From positions 47,988,001 to 48,052,000 of the forward strand of contig NC_134481.1 of the NCBI RefSeq assembly GCF_964194025.1: a stretch of 64,000 nt of DNA, written 5' to 3'. Under the pieces are notes generated by a model. It saw only the letters and a program-made list of their open reading frames with translations, was not told where the DNA came from and ran no database searches. Position 1 is the stretch's first letter. Each line of letters opens with the position of its first letter. The position numbers and the translations under genes were made by a program. The stretch comes from Convolutriloba macropyga (Eukaryota). Positions 60,470-64,000 of the stretch are shown here, one piece after another.

Positions 60470-63400
60470 GGTGACAACACAGAGAGCAAGCGCGCCTCTG
60501 TTCCAAACTTTTACGGGAAAGACCAACTTCAAAGCCCCAATCAGATGCGAGAATTGGGGAATTCAACTCAAACTGGCGTTCTAGCAAATTAAAAATTTGC
60601 AGTTTACTACCTCCTCGGCGCATAACCTAAAAAATTAAAACTACCAAAAAACCCAAATATGAGGAGCCAATCGAGTGACCCTACAGACCAGTCTGAACGA
60701 GACAGCCAAGCTAAAATTAGTCAATTTAAATCTCAGAGGGGACAAAATGTCAGAAGGTCATCAGACATGCATTCTATGTGGCAAAATACCTTGGAAAATA
60801 AGCGACAAGAAATGTGTTTTACTCCTATATATAAGTAAAAAAACAGCGAATAGAAGATACTTGACACAAAAATTAGCCCACGAAGAAATTAATCACTTGA
60901 TGATTGTGAGAAACGCTCAAACATTCCTTTTTTGCACTGAAAACATCATTTTTGAATCATCTCTCCAAGGTGTGTCCTAGACGTTTTCATGAACTTAGAA
61001 CAAATTCCACTAGTAGACAAGTAAATAATGTTAAAACTGAGACTAAAACAGAACACGCAGTAAATAATATCGAAAATTACAACAAAAATTATGCGTTCAA
61101 CAACAATTAAACTGAGGATAATTTTGTCTTGAATATGCATATACAATGAAAATGAGTATATAAAAGTGATCACTCCTATGGAATTGAATTTAATCATTGG
61201 AAACTCTGATCGCTCCTTTCTATTAGATTCGGTCAGCGATTGTTCAATTGGAAATCTCCCGTGGGCAGAGCACGTGAAGTACGATTGTCTGATCGTAATT
61301 TAGTCTGAAAAAAAGATCAACGAAATGAAAAAAATTTTAAAGGAAAAAGTTGATGCCCTTGAATGTTTCAAGACAGCTGTAAAATATAATGGTTGGACAG
61401 TTTATGGTATTAAGAGCTGGCTATTGTGCAATTATTGGAACAGACCATTTCTATAAACTTGGAATTTGCATAATACAACAACCATTAGCAAAAAATACAG
61501 TAGATTGTGTTTACAAAAAATATCCAATAAAGAACGAAATAGTTGAAGAATTTCCAGTCTTAACAACATGTATCGGAAAATCAAAAACCGTTTCGTCAAA
61601 TCAAACTTCCACAAAAAATAGAGCACATCAACAAAAAGGAGAAAAGGTACCCATTCAGCCCCAAACGAAAGTCGAAGTCGAACTAGAAAAACTGTTGGTT
61701 GAAAAACAGCTAGAAAACTGTCCGATTGTTGAGACCAGAACTTTCTTTCTCCAAAAAATTTTACTCAAAAATTCTTAGTCAATCAATCCACAAGCACAAA
61801 TATCAAATGCCAAAAATAAAATCACTGCTACAAGTAACCTCTCAAACACTTAGATCTGATCCTTCTATTACCACGATTTATTTTACATCCATAGACTTGC
61901 AGTACGCTCAAAGCCAATTGAAATTACATCCGGATATGGCCCGCAATTGTAAATTCAGATTAACTGATATGCCCGCTGAGTTTCGGAAATTAGTTGATTT
62001 TACGGTAATTGGACTGGATAATACCTTTTGTTATTTGGACAATATCCTGATAGTTAGCAAGGGAACTTATGATAACTATATGACACTAGTTAAAAATTTC
62101 CCTCATGGAATAGTTGAGGAAAATTTTCGGATCAATCTGAGAAAATGCCACATGCTAAACCAAAAAAAAAACAAAATGTTTGGTTCGTAAAAAATTACAT
62201 CAACAGGTATGACAGCACTTCATAATAAAATAGAACCAATTCTATTACTAAAAAAGCCGGGAAAGTCGAATAGCTAACGATCATTCATAGGATTGGTTCA
62301 TCGTCTTCGAAATATCATACCAAATATATCACAAGTGTCACCCAATTAGAGCTCTCTTAAATAATAACGTAAAATACGAATGTTCTAAAAACCAAGAAGA
62401 AAATTTCAACGAAATAAAAGCCAGGATCGCAAACGCCACAGAATATCGACCTTTCAATGCTTAAATGGAAGCGCGCTTTATTTGTGACGAATCACGTCAA
62501 GGATTAGGAGCAGATTTAGAGCAGCTAGCTCATAATGGTCGGTAAGCAGTAGCATTGGCGTCGCAACTTCACTACGATGTCGAGGAGAGCTATAGCGTAA
62601 TTGATTTAGACCTATTAGGTGACGTTTGGTCGGTTTAGCATTTTAAATACACTCTATACGGACGACCATATTTCGAGTCATCACGGACCATAGAGTACTT
62701 TTGAAAAAAACAAGCGAACCGTATAATAGCAGAACAAAACTTTGGATCGATACACCAATACAATTTCAATTTGCAAAAGACCATCAGCCAGGCTCAACAG
62801 TAGCATTAGCAGAATACTACATATCCAGAGCCACAACAAAACAATGTCAGAAAGTGAACATACCATTTTTGCACCTTAAAATCACCCTCAAAATAAGACA
62901 AATGTAAATAACCGGGATTATGACAAAATTAGTGCGGAATTTGCAGCGCAAAAAGCAGCCTTAACTAAAACAGCCCAAATGGACGTTAATAGCTCTCCAC
63001 AAAAATTCAATTTCATTGCCTTCACAAAATAGACAACTACAAAAAACAAATGGCTTTTCGCCAAATTGTCTTTCCGCAAACAGTTGAATTCATTTTCATC
63101 GAAATTAAATCAATTTTTAATTGCCAACCAATTTCTATTCCTTTTCACGATGTCTAACTCTGACAACGAGCCCCTCAATGCAATGAACTCAAATACGCTA
63201 AAAAAGCACGGTTCACTGATGAAGCCGGCACAATCTACCCAAACTCTTGAGATCGATAACAGCAACTCAAGCGCAACACCATTGCCTCCCAATTGATAAA
63301 ACAATGTGTTCAAATTAGCACTTTCAAATCCTCACAGAGACTCTAGTAGCCAGTCTGAACTCCAAAGATGCGGTACTGAATGAAATTAGAGACTGCATCC

Positions 63401-63620
63401 TCACTCAGAACGAAGAAAGATGCAAGCAGATCTCCTCCTATATACACAGTTTCTGGAGGGATTCGCACGTCCAATCAAGCTTCATATGTGAAGATGATGG
63501 AATTGCCATACCAAATTCGATCAACGAGGCATATGTGGAAGCATTTCAAGCAACTCACCAGGGCGCTGGGCCATGACGGACATAACGATACATGAATGGC
63601 GGCAGTATATGGAGGACAAA
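60470..63620 (+). mobile_element. Decayed Gypsy element related to the previous one (protease, RT, RNase H, start of integrase)
   Basis: FLLDSVS (~61216), YFTSIDLQYAQSQLKLHP, LTDMPAEFRK, CYLDNILIVSKG, CDESRQGLGADLEQ, YSVIDLDLLG. Upstream flank 60070-60480 resembles 57360-57780. Confidence 0.8.
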
Positions 63621-64000
63621 TATTCAACGAAAGGACTCAAGAAGTATATTTCCTAGCATGCATTGATCAATTCTTTATATAACCTACAGCAGAAAACTTT
63701 AATAATGCCAATAAAAATAATGCACAACAATTTAACAAAGCTATTTTCTTTCGTAAGGCGCTCCACGCTCAATAAGTTTAGAACAAACCAAATGCCAGAT
63801 CGGCCAGCAAGTAAAGACATTTTGTAGGATCAATAGTATCGAGTTATTTGAGGAGCCAAAACACGATATTAGAGCGGTTGGATTAGAGAAACGAATAATA
63901 AAAACTATTAAAGTTTGTTTATCTTATTTCATAGAGGCAGTTAAAGACAAACTTAATCTGAAAGCATCCTTTGATTCATTAACCTAACAACAAAAAATTT

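Overview
AT-rich, repeat-dense metazoan (invertebrate-like) genomic scaffold with four N-gaps. The only recognisable host gene is an intron-containing eIF5A on the minus strand (~6.0-6.8 kb). The centrepiece (12180 to >30023, minus strand) is a giant, recently inactivated Ty3/Gypsy element with a 'complex retrovirus' layout: RT-RNaseH-integrase pol, ~3 kb of non-coding DNA with an enhancer-like repeat array, two small ORFs, a ~485-codon Ser/Thr/Pro-rich ORF, a ~1140-aa envelope gene resembling chuvirus (Jingchuvirales) glycoproteins with ESCRT late-domain motifs in its tail, and an intact 547-aa orphan ORF that runs into a candidate ~3.1-kb 3' LTR. Its gag, protease and 5' LTR are lost at a gap. 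The rest is fossil mobile DNA: two LINE remnants, a decayed Polinton/Maverick (major and minor capsid, two ATPase-like remnants, protein-primed PolB; ~34.3-46.6 kb), three decayed Gypsy elements, a fold-back element, and several near-identical tandem duplications that may be assembly artefacts. All family assignments come from motif recognition by eye; no database searches were run.
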